DNA of 61,718 nt, counting the filler, from Sphacelaria rigidula (taxonomy: Eukaryota), in the NCBI GenBank assembly GCA_964200075.2. It is 4 parts of 4 records of this genome, joined end to end, with 100 filler letters (N's around TTAATTAATTAA, not from the genome) between each part and the next. Parts side by side here need not be neighbours in the genome. Positions count along the whole stretch, not along the records: positions 30,917 to 46,271 come from CAXNAA020001786.1; positions 46,372 to 61,718 come from CAXNAA020001787.1; 2 more parts are not named here. One strand, written 5' to 3'. The notes under the pieces are model-generated. The model worked only from the letters and a program-made list of their open reading frames with translations. It made no database searches and was not told the origin of the DNA. This document shows, piece after piece, positions 38,801-51,339 of the stretch. Numbering within the stretch: the first letter of the stretch is position 1; every line of letters starts with the position of its first letter. Position numbers and translations under genes: made by a program.

Positions 38801-41800
38801 GAGAGCTACTCATGTGCCCTATATAGCGGTGGTCTACCCCTTCACGGCCGTTTGTCAGTTACCGCCGATACCGCCTCCTTTTCCGGTTGGCGAAATACCA
38901 AGGTGATGCTTCACTGGGTACTTTTCCACCCTCATCAAGCCGGCCGTCCTCGTGCAGGGTGACGAAACCACGTGTACAGCACTGCAGGAGTCCCAGTAGA
39001 TACCGATACTGTTGACAAAGACTTGGTATGTTTTTTTGTGCTGTTTTGTTTTTTGTTCTTCCCTCAGTATGTTGTGATTTTGCGGTCTCTCCGTGCTGTC
39101 GTGTGATGATAGAGAGTTTCGGAAAACGTTTTTTTTGTCATTTCAGAGTGCAAATATCTCAGGACCAGAGCGTAACAAAAAAATATTTTCATCTTCGTTG
39201 AATGTGGTATCCCCTTGACGTTTTTTCGATGAGGTGTTTCTTTTATTCTGGACTCTCTCTGATCCTGAGATACTTGCGCTCTGAAATGAAAAAAAGCGCT
39301 TTCCGAAACTCTCTATTATGTAGTTCGAAGGGGACAAGGTCGCAAATGAATGCATAAATACATGATGGTACCAGAATCTGTGATGATTTATTTGGAAGAC
39401 CGTCGGTAAAAAAGGATATATCTAGTGGGCTGTAAGTTTCTCTTATTTTTCATGGCATTTTTGTTAAGTTCCCGTCCTAGTTACGGTGCACGGTAGCTTA
39501 GTTGTGATCCGTGCGTTTGCAGTTATTAGGGCGTAGAGTGGTACTTTTTTTCTCTCGCATAATGGGCACACAATACCACTGCAAGGTATTCTATCATGAC
39601 GAGAGTTCAAGTGGAGGTACATGAGAGTTATTTCCTCCAAGTGTACATTTATTCTTCTTGTGTCATGCTACTGCCGTTGTTGTTCCTTGATTACTTCGCA
39701 GGGCTGTTAACTTCAAGCACTGTACCATACCAATTAACCCTGCCGCGTCGGAAACTGTGAACAGGTTGTTTTGCCTCTTTCAGAGGTGGAAGCTGTGGAG
39801 AAGACGTCCACGCTTCGAATTGTTCCAAACGCTCTAACGCTCACGAAAAGGTAAGGCTGCGTGGAGACCCATCTCTTCTGGTGGTTTCGATCATCGATCT
39901 CCAATAGCCTCTGACATAGCCCACCGTATTACGTGTCTGGCAACCTACCCGCGGCGAACAAAACGCGCACATTATCTCCACCGGTAATTGGTGGCTGCCC
40001 CCTTAGAAGTGCGCGTCAGCTGGGGGCCCGAATAGCGACCCACATGATGGTTGTGTACGGCGCGTATACCAGCATGCCTTCAACTCAAGTCATACTTGAT
40101 GAACGTGGAACTTATGGCTACCTCTTCTGGCAGGGATGGGGAGAAGATAACCCTAGGCTCGTTTCTTTATCGAGACGACTGCTACACCCTGCTGACGAGA
40201 CTGGTGAATGTCTCCTGTTCTATATCGAGGCTCGGTGGCGGTTCGCCTACGCCTTTTGCGATTGCTGCTGTTTCACCTTGTTCGGATCAAGCTGCTTTTG
40301 GAGAAAACCGAGGCTTGTCGCAGGTGAGAAGATTTTACTTTCATGAACAGCGCTGGCCTGGGAAGCCCACCGAAATTACCGGCAATGCACTGTACTTGAG
40401 ACATTGAAGATGACGTCTCAACATTCCCTCGATCAGGCATGGTGTAGTTTTCGGGCATGGTGCGAGCTCGAACACACTTCGCTGTGTAGTGGCACGATGC
40501 CTCGGGTGTGGGATGGCCACACTGTTACGTCCGGCAACCCTTTCAACCTACCGTGTGCTTATCTTCACGCATGTTACCAGGCGACAGGTAACGCTCGAGA
40601 TGAACCGCCGGAAAGTTCCCTTGACGTGGCGTTCTCCCGAGAAGTAGCTGCGGCGAATGAATTGATCAAAGATAGCTCGGATCCCGTGGTGAATGCGGTC
40701 CTTCCGTGCACGGTAGCGCAGGTATGGGGTTCGCGGTAGAAATAGTGTGCATTCGTTGGGGTTTTGCAGAATCATTTATTTGTGTTGTTGGAACCGGAGT
40801 GTCTGTTATTCTTTCCCAGAGGCACATAGCTGCCAGTCAAGTCTCCACAGACCCTCTGTGATGCCATTACGCAATACTCCATGTGCGACTCTCAGGCGTT
40901 CGCCTGGTTGTGGGGGCCGGAGACCGACTTTTGGGCCGACTTTTTACGCGCTCAAGGAGAGATTGATCTGACGATTACGCAGTGGGAGAGGGCCAAGCAG
41001 GAGTCACATGACTCTTCGCGGAGAGGACGAGAGCTGAAGGACCTGTTTCCAAGGGATACCTTCGACAAACAGCGGCAGCTAACGTTCACACACCCTCGAA
41101 CAGGGTTTGTTGTAGGTGCGTCGTTGTCGTGAAACATCCCCATGGTCGATTAACTTCGAGACCAAAGAATTCGACAGGGAATATTTGGTAATCCCGCGAG
41201 ACTGGTACGGTGTGACCAACAAGAATGCGTGGATGCCGTAGGAGTGTTGGGGGTTGAATGTTGCAGTATTCGGGGTTTAATCTGCCACACACATTCCTAA
41301 TATAAGGGCCATGTTCACGCAAGCCTCTCTTTGCCGCCATTCCGGTAAACTTCAGGTCCGAAACAGGTCTTGACCCGGCAAACACAAGCATATCGAATGG
41401 AACGCCGCCGCTCTGGTCCTGGACGAGTGGGAGGGTTGGAGCCTTTGGATCGGGTGGTGCTGTGCCAGGTATGCCGGTTCTCGGACGGATGTAAACTCAG
41501 TTTTGACCGTGCCGTAACATTTCACCACTACATCCTCACACTGCAGTATCGCATTCTTGTAGTCCGTACCTCTAGTTGCAGAAGGAGCAGGTGAGTCAAC
41601 GGGAGTGTCAACCAAAGTCGTTTGTGTATCGACGGGCGTACGGGGCTTCATGGTGGAATTCAACAATTCGAAATATGTTCGATTTTGATTTTTGTTCGCA
41701 CCCGTCCTACTAGATGACCCAAATGGAGCGAGCACCAATGGCGGATCACTTCACAATTCTAGGCCGAGTCCTGATGATGCGCGAGCCTCCATGTAGAGGG

Positions 41801-43529
41801 TCAAACGGCACACAAGAGCCGCGGTGTCGACTCCTGGTTGAATTCGATGTTGCCTTTCACAAGGTGAGCAGGTGGCTACACACCTTCCCAGATGTACAGT
41901 CTACCGGTTTCTGGCGCTGTGATGCCAAGAATGTCGGTACATGACGGAATGTTAGTGGGAACAGCTGCAGTACTGCTCAGCTCTTTCGGAAACTTTGTAC
42001 CATCAAGTCAGTCATCGTATCTATGATGCTCGGGTGCCGAACAAAAACACTGGTGGAAGCAAAGACGAAGCACAAGCTACGTTTGCAAAAGCAGACAGAC
42101 GATCGCGTACAAAAACAGATGGCGAGGAGTCAATCCGGCCATTCGACAGCACTGCATCTCTGAATTTTCCGACTTGCCCGCTTCGAATCTCTAATGCCGC
42201 ATAAAATGTCAGTTTCAAGAGCTTCCGCTCCCTATTGCAGTGCGTCTCGTTGCTATTTGGTCATTAGCACGGAGGCAGTGAGGCCGTTATCGTACAATGG
42301 GGTCTAACATGACAAAACAGTGCTCTGTAACAGACGCCTGGGAGCCATGCCTCACCAAGCCTCCCCCATCTCCGAAATTGCAACGCGCCACACATATGTT
42401 CCACTGTGGTTTTTCTTCATGTATTTAGTAAAGATTTGCCCAAGGTTGTGTTTTGCTCTCCACACGCACGGTTGGGGGTTTCATTCGATGATGTCGATTC
42501 TTCGAGTCATATGATTCAATTGTATATCAACGTTCGCTTGTTGAAAGTGTCTCGGTTTTTATGGTGATCGCTAGGCCACATGCATCACGTAGTAGACGCA
42601 CGTGTTGTTGCTTGTGTGGGATATTGCACTGTGCACGTCAAGACAGGAGGCGTCCATGATACAAGCGGTATTGATATTTTCGAAACGATAGGTGCTTATT
42701 ATTGTGGGTGTGCGCTTGAAGGAAGTACTGTGCTACCTCCCCTACGCGTCCGTGGGTCTGAAAACATGGTTTCTTAGCGAAGCATCTGGGGAACAGTAGA
42801 AACCTCGATCATGCTCACCGAATTTGTCAGTTTAGAGCTCTCCAGTTCCGATAGGGTTACTACTACAGTAGTTCCAATGTCTTCGCTGCTGACGAGGCCA
42901 AGCATATAGAAGACCGCTGATTGCACCGAGTGAGGATAGAGCCCTTGATCTCAAACTCCCCATCGGTGCTTCCTCCGCTGACCGTTTTCATCACGTTACA
43001 GTCAACAATGCTCAGGGGTGCTATTCGTTCGGGCGCCGCGGACGAATCGGGCACGACGTGGAAGGCATGGCTCCTCGCAGCTGAAAAGCTGGTGGCATAC
43101 CAGCGACATCGCCTTGGGTATCTTGCCGCCAACGGAGGCTCAGCACCAGCTCCTCCGCCGGATGTGTTCGACATTGCCACAAGATTCGTGGTAGAACAAA
43201 TGTCTGCCGTCTCGACGCGTTCCGGTGGGCACGGCGACGCAGACGTCGCAGACAGCAAGCTCAGGGATGCGGTGTTGGTGCAAGATCCTGAGAGAAAAGT
43301 GGACAATGGGCAACTCGCATCGAAGTTGATCCAATCCTTGAAACGGATTGTGGCGTGGGTGCTTAGATTTGCGGAAATTCCGAAGATTTTGATTCTATGC
43401 TGCTTCATGCTTATCTTTGCGCAGCAGCGAGCCATCCGGAAGTTGACAACCCAGGTTGAGGATTTGATGGCGGCGATGAGCGAGCTTCACGACGAAACAA
43501 GAACTTTCAGGATTGAGGGACATTCCTGA
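31208..43529 (+). CDS. Multi-exon gene (5'-partial): tandem F-BAR-like domains + GRAM + VASt (StARkin) + C-terminal TM/coiled coil; LAM/GRAMD1(Aster)/VAD1-like membrane-contact-site sterol transfer protein
   Basis: Hand-spliced exons with AG/GT boundaries and consistent phases: 31208-31325, 31628-31753, 31892-32014, 32311-32790, 33013-33065, 33431-33552, 33723-33898, 34164-34270, 34466-34772, 34885-35079, 35543-35824 (or 35833), 35905-36090 (GC donor), 36530-36699, 36817-36912, 37060-37861, 37984-38112, 38401-38550, 38795-38902, 39765-39850, 40134-40323, 40581-40721, 40896-41115, 41356-41468, 41714-41863, 43002-43529 (TGA). About 1718 codons. First exon starts in phase 2, so upstream exons are missing. 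Confidence 0.8.
38795..40203 (+). CDS. GRAM (PH-like) domain exons of the above gene
   Basis: Spliced peptide VIESYSCALYSGGLPLHGRLSVTADTASFSGWRNTK|VVLPLSEVEAVEKTSTLRIVPNALTLTKR|DGEKITLGSFLYRDDCYTLLTRL fits the GRAMD1/VAD1 GRAM pattern (YSCAL...GRL...F...EK...PNA...SF..RD). Confidence 0.88.
40581..43529 (+). CDS. VASt/StARkin domain followed by TM helix and short coiled coil
   Basis: VLPCTVAQAFAWLWGPETDFWADFL...ITQW...RQLTFTHP...QTQAY...MERAPMADHFTILGR...CRLLVEFDVAFHK|STMLRGAIRSGA...WKAW resembles VASt; then hydrophobic IVAWVLRFAEIPKILILCCFMLIFA and heptad-like IRKLTTQVEDLMAAMSEL. Confidence 0.82.
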
Positions 43530-45542
43530 CGTTTGACTTGGTGACACTGCTCACGAACATTTCTACTACATACTCTGTAACACCCAGAATTGTACGTCTG
43601 CGTGTATGCCCTTCATGTGCGCCTCGCTGCTGTATACCACGACTTGCCAAGTCAAGCGCAGGGTCTTTGTCGTGATGTGATGTACTGTAATATCTCACCT
43701 TGTGTGCGTACATGCATTTTCCTATATTTGACAGAGCGCTTGCCGGGGTCCCAGACTCGCTTTTCTTGTCGTGGCTAGTATGTATCATGTAGTTGATGGA
43801 GTTGAGGGGCGGAAAAAATTCGAAGAAGACGCTGAGATTAGCTCGTGTTGGTCAGCTTGAGTGACCTCCGCAACACAACGGACGAGCATCTTCTACAACC
43901 CACTTTTGCTCTGCGCGAGTAAGGGAGAAATGGCGTTCGGCATCTTGCCTACTGCCATCCACACGCGGTAGGGGGGACGTACTCATGCAGTAGGGGGCAG
44001 GGGGGAGGAGGAGGGGGTCAAGCATTATATTGTACAGGGATAATTTCGAGGTTGTTTAAGGAAGCAGAAAGTCCTCAGAATGGTTCCCAATCCCTGAAAA
44101 GAGATTGGATCTCTGTCAGCGAATTTATTGTAGAAAAATGGTGTCATTTTTAGTAACCTGCCACCCCTTGATCAACTGACTCTCAGAAGCTGATCTCAGG
44201 TCACAGCACGAATCTCGCGCCACTCGATGACTTCATGAGCTCTCTTATGCTCTTTACGCAGCTATAGTCTCCTGCTGCACGCGAAAATCGATTTTCAGTT
44301 CTCGACACACCCTGAACAAATTATTTCATTGCCAAAAAGAGTACTGCGTACAGTATGGGATCCAGTCTAATGCTTTAGACGAAATTGTCTATACTGCACG
44401 CAGTACACTTTTTGACAAAGTAATCCGTTGTCCAGGGTATGGTTCTCAGACGAAACCTGTTGTTGATGGTAAATTGAATACCTACCGGTTGGAATGAAGA
44501 TGTTCCCCATTGCAATCCGTATTCGAAGCTTCAAGCCACAAGCCGTGGGTCCAAAGTTGAAAGTAAACATTGTGCATGCTCAGACGACCAAGAGACGCCG
44601 AATCTCCTGAGATCGAGGCTGAAATTCCAATTTTCAAATTGGTTGTCGTGTCAGGCTATTCCAGATTGATTCGGCACTAGATTTCTGTGACAGAAAACAC
44701 TCTCGTTTTTTCGGAATACTTTAAAAAAAACGAGGAGAACTTTTGAAAAACAATGAGAACATTTCGACAAACTGCTCGAACCATGACGCCATTATATGGA
44801 GTTCAGGTTAGTACACTGAAAGCAATATAACTGTGCAGTGGTGTATAAAGTGCAGAGTACTACACAAAACACAAGACAACATGGCAGTTCTACAGTGTTT
44901 TTTTTCGTTTTGGAGCCTGAAGACGGACTGTATACAGTATTCGTCAGTTTCTCTTGTTGCTCAATTAATCTTGCCGTGGCCGCGAGCGCTGGCGCCGATG
45001 CCAACGGTAGCACCCGTCATCATGCTGAGGGGTGCAAGTAGTACCCTGGCGGTGCAGTATATCCGCACAGTGCTATGCGTTGCTTCTTTCATTGGAGTAT
45101 GGGGTCTGACCCAGCCGGTCGAGCGGTGTATACTGGTGCTGGTTGCGTGCCTTTACCCAGCAGTGCTCGGTATCGCGCAAGTGATGGGTCCGGGTAACAT
45201 GAATTTTTAATTTTTCAACAGTCAAGTGAGACAGCACTGCGTCCTGACTGATACCATATTATGTTACAGCTTGGTTACAGAGAGACGAACACAACAATAC
45301 ACGCATCAAGCAATCTCAGCGGAGACCAAACCGTCTTCGCAAGGTCTAGACACACCTCAGAACAGTGATAGCTGCAGCACATGAGAGCGGAGGTGAGTGT
45401 GTTTGTGCTGCAGTACAGTGAGACACGACAAGTCCTATGTTTTACTTCTTCGGCTGATTTCGAACGAGCCCTGAGTGTTTGCAGGGTGCTGATCTTGAAC
45501 GCTCGGACATAATAGCCCTTCGCGATTTTTTAAAAAAATTTT

Positions 45543-45930
45543 CCCCCAAGATACAGGCAGCCATGACAGCAGCAGAGGCTGCCTTTCACTCCTGCGGGCG
45601 CAACCTGGGGCAAACGCATGCTGTAGCTACAGCACGTTAGCTTTACAAAATGATATCCCACGTGCACGTTGACCGCAGATACAAGCGGTTGCGTGCATGA
45701 TGCGGCGAACTGCATAGGACAGCGCGAGATCAATGCAACACAGGGGTAGGCTGAGGATGTGGCGTTCTGTGGTGTGCTTTGTCACCCTGCACCCTGCCGC
45801 TGTGCAGTGAGCATGCAGGTAGTACCACCGAAGGCGTAACGTCGCGGTTGGTACGCAGTGTCGAACCCATAGCAGCAAACAACATATTTCTTGTACAACA
45901 GACGAGGATGTGTGTTTCAATACCGATGCG
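45543..45930 (+). repeat. Dispersed repeat; inverted copy at ~49990-50402
   Basis: CCCAAGATACAGGCAGCCAT...GGGGCAAACGCATGCTGTAGCT...TTTGTCACCCTGCACCCTGCCGCTGTGCAGTGAGCA is the reverse complement of the 50-kb copy. Confidence 0.85.
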
Positions 45931-46271
45931 CACAGAGTGGGGTCCTTATCTGGAGAAATCTGCACTAACTCGCCCTGTTCTTGTTGAGACATGAATCTCT
46001 TTAGCAGAAAAAGTGCGATCGATTTTTTTCTTGCCTACAAGTATCTGATCGGTACACCGCATTTATGTTCCTCGAAGGCTTCAACTCAAAATTATAATTA
46101 GCGGCGCGCGGAGAAGAATGCAACGAGTGAAAAAACATTTTTTCGATCGAAAACAGAAAACATGCAGTCGAAAGGCACGAAGCGGCACTTGACTCCTATC
46201 TTAGAGACCACCACGCCAAATAACACCCGTTCATAGGACCATGCAAACTCCATCCAACTCATTCTCAGCTA

Positions 46272-46371
46272 NNNNNNNNNNNNNNNNNNNNNNNNNNNNN
46301 NNNNNNNNNNNNNNNTTAATTAATTAANNNNNNNNNNNNNNNNNNNNNNNNNNNNNNNNNNNNNNNNNNNN
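46272..46371. other. Artificial contig-join spacer
   Basis: N-TTAATTAATTAA-N. Confidence 0.95.
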
Positions 46372-47325
46372 TGCAATGAAGGGATGGGACTTCAACCTCA
46401 TATTTTGTTTCAACCCCAAAAATTAGGATCGGCTGTTATAGGTAGTGAGTGTCATGTAGATACAACTTTTTCTTCTCATGGATTGAGCGTTTGATGTGGC
46501 GGGTCTCAGCGATGCTTCCGCATAGTGTGTGGGAGAGAGTATATTTTATTTTCTTCGCTTCATGTTTTTGTACGAGTGTAGTGTAGAAGAGCCCTTTCTC
46601 GTTGAATTTTGAAGCTTCTGGGCGCAATTACATTGTGCCGAGGTGATGTTGATTCAACTGCATAAGGACTCGTCTAGGGTGGGCTAGTGTGATGAAGCTC
46701 AGTGGCGTTGCAATATAATACGATGTGCGGGTCTGTTCGTAAACCCTGGGTTCCGTGACGCGTTGTGTCGCGTTTATTGTTGTCATCATTGTGGCGAGAA
46801 ATTGAGCAATAGCTGGAAGCCATGGCCTCATCTTCCCACTTGCTGGCTTTGCCTTGGTTGCTGGCTTTGCCTTGGTCGCTGACCTAGCTCTGCTACTCTG
46901 GCGCCGTCACTACGCGCTGGTCCTATGGCTGCGCCCCGGCTGTAGTCAGTAAGAGAGCTGCTTATAGATATAATATGATGCTATCAAGCACGTGAGTTCC
47001 CAATCAGCAGTTACATAAAAGAACTTGTGTGTGTATTGTGCTTTGATGAATAGCAATAGGTCGTGCGGTGTGCCCACGTGAGAGCGTGGTTTAGCTGGAA
47101 CCAATGGTATCTCCTGGCATTCGTACTGAGAGATCTCAGCCAATGCTTAAACTACTACATCATTATGATAATTAGCATCGACGATACCTTCGCGAGGACC
47201 CGACTCTAGGACATACACTAGGACATACACAAGAGGACTACTTACATCGGACTACGATCGGACACTACTAGGAGCCACCAACCATCTACGACTACTGAAG
47301 CTCTAGCACCCTCCTTTTGGCTGGC

Positions 47326-47545
47326 GACACTTTCTACGATAGCCCCCCCCCCCAAAAGTGCATGGTTTTGGGAGGCAAAATCTTNNNNNNNNNNCTGGGA
47401 ATTCCCACGCGTGGGTTCGTCCTAGCCAATGTCGCCAATATGAGGCGCTTTCACGTAGCCTGAACCCGAACATCAGGAGCTGTATGGCCATTTTTTTTGT
47501 GACATTTTTAGCTGGTATATGGGGGGGGTTATCGTGGAAAGTGTC
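47326..47545 (+). mobile_element. MITE family A copy, TSD TGGC
   Basis: Same TIRs and internal sequence; TGGC on both sides; internal N gap. Confidence 0.88.
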
Positions 47546-48454
47546 TGGCGCTCGATCTCGTTGGCTCACCGATTTCAGATTTTTACTCCCTTGCTTCCCA
47601 CCAACATGCGTCGGTCGCTACTGATCTTGCTGTTTCTTTTTTCGTTGGAGTCCCCCAGGTAGAAGCTCTGCTCCCTGTTGTACCTCCCGGGTTCCCCCCT
47701 TCGTTTTGCTCGGACGCCCAAGCAATCTGTGCTTCTTCATTGATCGCTAGCACGCAGAAGCAGTTTATGCTCCCGCGTTTCGAAGCAGTTTTTTCTGCTC
47801 CTCGGAGCAGTATATGCTTTTCTTTTTGAGGTGTGGGAGTGTGGGTACGGACGTGTTTCCTCTGGTGTGCCTCAGTAGCCGCTCATGACTTTACGAGTAA
47901 AGAAAAAACTTGGTTTTCGCTGCTTTTGAGGATAAATCTTCGCAGCTGTAATAAAGGTTCGTCTGGGTGGGTTAGTGTCATGAGGAGCATATTAGTCTGT
48001 TTTCATGCCGCCTCAGACTCGTCGATGAGTCCGACTTTATTCATTTTTAGGCTATTTTTATGACTGTAGGTCTGTTTAGAGCCAGATACGAGTGTTCACT
48101 TGTATATAGCAGGGACAGATAAGAAAGCTGACCCCCCGCTCAGCTTCACTTTGCTCCATCCCGACCAAGGAAACTCTCACATCTCGGTGAGACTGATTGA
48201 TTGAGCAAGAGAGATTTAGTACTGAGAGTACTAGGAAGGTTAAGGGTTAAGTAATCAAGCAGAGATACTATCATACCTACGCGTGAAAACAACTCTGATA
48301 CCTTTGGAAAAATATAACAAAGGAACACTGCTAGCGTTTTTCGGTGCGCTGCAGAACTGCTCCACCTCGCAGCCATTTGTTAGGCCTCTTGTTTGATCCT
48401 CTGCCTTGCCCAGTAATGCGTGTTCGCCATACACCCAGCTTAACCCCATCACAT

Positions 48455-48769
48455 TCTTCGTATCCACACCAAATCTTCAGAATATGTTTCCATTTCTTTA
48501 CTTGCTTGTAGCTATTGACAACTACTACACGCCATACCAATTTGGATTGCGATAACCGACATGTGTTGGGGTTCTAGGTGAAAAACCAATTTGGGGGAAT
48601 TTCAGCGATCTGATCGGATCATCTAAATTCCCAAAAATGTCTCTTCATCTAGAACCCCAACATGTCGGTTATCAGGATCCAAACCTCTATGGCGTGTAGC
48701 AGTTGTCAATAGCTACCAGTAGGTGAAGAAGTGGAACTATATTCCGAAGATTTTGTGTGGGTAAGAAGA
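48455..48769. repeat. ~315-bp imperfect palindrome inside a dispersed repeat
   Basis: GTAGCTATTGACAACTACTACACGCCATA / TATGGCGTGTAGCAGTTGTCAATAGCTAC, centre near 48612. Confidence 0.85.
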
Positions 48770-49989
48770 TTTTCATTCTCCGAGTTATCATCCTCAATGA
48801 AAAATCCATCCCTAATTTGTAAAACCCCGTGTTAATGTACGAAAGTGCGATTTTGGGCAAAAACTTGTCCTTCTTTCACCCCGAAATCGAGACAAAAATG
48901 TGCTTTCGCACATACCGTTTGGGGGACCGGAAGACCAGGAAGCTCCCGAAATAATGTTAGGGGGGTCGGGCGGGATGAGGATGAGGTCGTCCATATGAAA
49001 GTCATGCACCATGACTTTAGGTCACGAAAAAGCACTGCATTTGGATCGAACCTCATTCTCTTGTTCAACCTCATAAATGAGAATCCGCTGTTGAAGGCCG
49101 TCCATCTGGATCATGCACAGTTTTTTTAAGTAAAATCTTACCGATGCAACAAATAAAATGGCCCACTCTCGCCGTCTAAGGGTCAAGTCTTCGACGGCGA
49201 GTGGTGATCCATTTGTGAATCGGCATCAGTTTCACTTGAGAAAGAAATGGAAATGATACCGATTCACGTATGGACCAACGCTCGCAGTCGAGAGGTAAAA
49301 GGCCATTGTCGAGAAAAATACGTGCCCGTTCGTGTCCCATCCATCCACCCCAAACCTAGGTCTTTGTTATCATAGATTGCCCTGTGCCCAGGGCGCTTCC
49401 AATTTCGATTCATATCGGTGTTTGTGACGTTGCGGTCGTGGATTGCGGCGGTTGAACCGGAGTGGTCTCGGCTGGGCCCTTGTTAGAAGTGGCTCTAAAA
49501 TTAAGGTCTGCCGGACGCACCCGGGGTATGGTGATGTGTCGTTGCACGGAAGCGTTAAGTTTTATTAAAGCATAAATCGTATTCGTGCTATCGCCGTCGC
49601 CCTACATACGCAAGGGCCCGCAGCGAGCCAAAGCTGAGACGCGAGCCGTTTCCCGGCACATTCCCGCTAGGTCGTCCCACACGAGTCCCAGCCACTACCA
49701 TGTCTGTTTTCAAGTACACGTACAGAACTTGCTTCCCAGTACGCTATAGGCTATAAGTCGCAAACTGCTGTTTCTCGGGCAGACAGGAGACAGTGTCAAG
49801 CGTCAAGCAGCTACACGCTGGGCCGAGGGTCCCCATATCGGGAAATGACAGCACCGCCCCCCTCCAGGTTGCCCAAATCTCATTCTGGGGCCGTAGGAGG
49901 GAAGGGGGAGAGGACCCCCGAGTACTCTATTTGAGGAGGGGGGGTACCCCCCTGATCGATGGATGATGGCGATAGTAGTTGCTGTATGT

Positions 49990-50402
49990 GTGCGCATCGA
50001 TCTTAGAACACACATACACCCATGTACATAGAATATGCTGCTTGCTGCTGTGTTCAACACTGCGTACCAACCGTAGCGTGACGCCTTGGGCGGTACTACC
50101 TGCTCACTGCACAGCGGCAGGGTGCAGGGTGACAAAGCACACCGCAGGACGTCACACCCTTGGTCTATCCCTGCCCTGCATTGTTTCCGCGCTGTCCTAT
50201 GCAGTTCGCCACACCATGAACGCAGCCGTTTGTATCTCCGGCCAGCGTGTACGCGGGATATCACCCCTCGCTACGCGCTTTATCGCTATGCCACATTTTG
50301 TAAAGCTATCCGTGTTACAGCTACAGCATGCGTTTGCCCCAGGTGGCACATACAGGAGTGAAAGACCGCCTCCGCCGGTGTAATGGCTGCCTGTATCTTG
50401 GG
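49990..50402 (-). repeat. Inverted copy of 45543-45930 repeat
   Basis: See partner feature. Confidence 0.85.
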
Positions 50403-50573
50403 CGAAGCTGTATGGTAACACAGCCGCTATGGCGCGAAAGCCACGTGGAACACTCCACACCGTGCAGATTTTTACACACTGTTGTCTCGAAGTGTAGCGT
50501 TGCAGTTACCGATTTCAAGTAAGAGTATTACACAAATTACAGTCGGCAATATACTCTATACTATGCAAAACGA

Positions 50574-50775
50574 TTCGACCTAACGATCGACGAGGGAAAG
50601 GGACTGCTGAGCCCCTCTCGCAATAAAAAAAAAAAGCAAGCACCGCACAAGGAAGGTGGAGAACTGAACCAAACAAAAAAGAAAAAACTCCTGTGTGGCC
50701 TTCCTCTTGTGTGACCCCGGCTGGTGCGCCGACATACACCGAAGGTGGAGGCCGGCGTCCAGAATAGATGGGACG
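50574..50775 (+). mobile_element. 5'-truncated SINE copy, cut just before its CA tail by Gypsy element 1
   Basis: CGATCGACGAGGGAAAGGGACT...CCAGAATAGATGGGACG aligns with 26310-26510. Confidence 0.8.
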
Positions 50776-51043
50776 TGTGACGCAAATATACCGTTACGTT
50801 GAGTTGGGAGTGTGATGATTGGATAATGACTGGGGAGACGGGGATTCTGGAGGATTCTGGGAGTATCCCGGATAATGACCAGGGATTCGGGCATGATACC
50901 CTGCGGGTCGATGAGGCTGTGCCTACAAGGACACTCCGGATAATGAAATGTTGTAAAGCCTGACAGCTGCAACTGAGCCCAGTACGACTGGAGAGTCCCT
51001 CAAACAGCATTGATTCAGCAGTTTTCTCCTGGCTGGCGTCACA
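50776..51043 (+). repeat. Putative 5' LTR of Gypsy element 1 (268 bp)
   Basis: 8-bp perfect terminal inverted repeat with TG...CA ends, starts exactly where the SINE is interrupted; partner LTR absent from the window. Confidence 0.75.
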
Positions 51044-51339
51044 ATATCGATATTAGTGCTGGTACCTAGCAGAAGCTGCTGGAAGAATTTCGGCGGAACA
51101 GTCTGGTAGCTGGGGACAACTTGATTCACCACGGACGCGTGGAGAAGGTTTAAGCTAACGTGGCTGAAGAAAGGTGGCTGGCCTGTGATTGATCCGGACT
51201 AGAGACTTGCTGAAGCTGAGTCCAGCGGGAGTTTGGAGGCTCCTACGACTGTGTGGTGCGGCGACGAAGAAAGGGTGAAGTGTGCCATTCGCGATGGTCC
51301 GCTGGCCTGCGAAAGGTTCGCAGGTAGCCGGCTGCTAGT

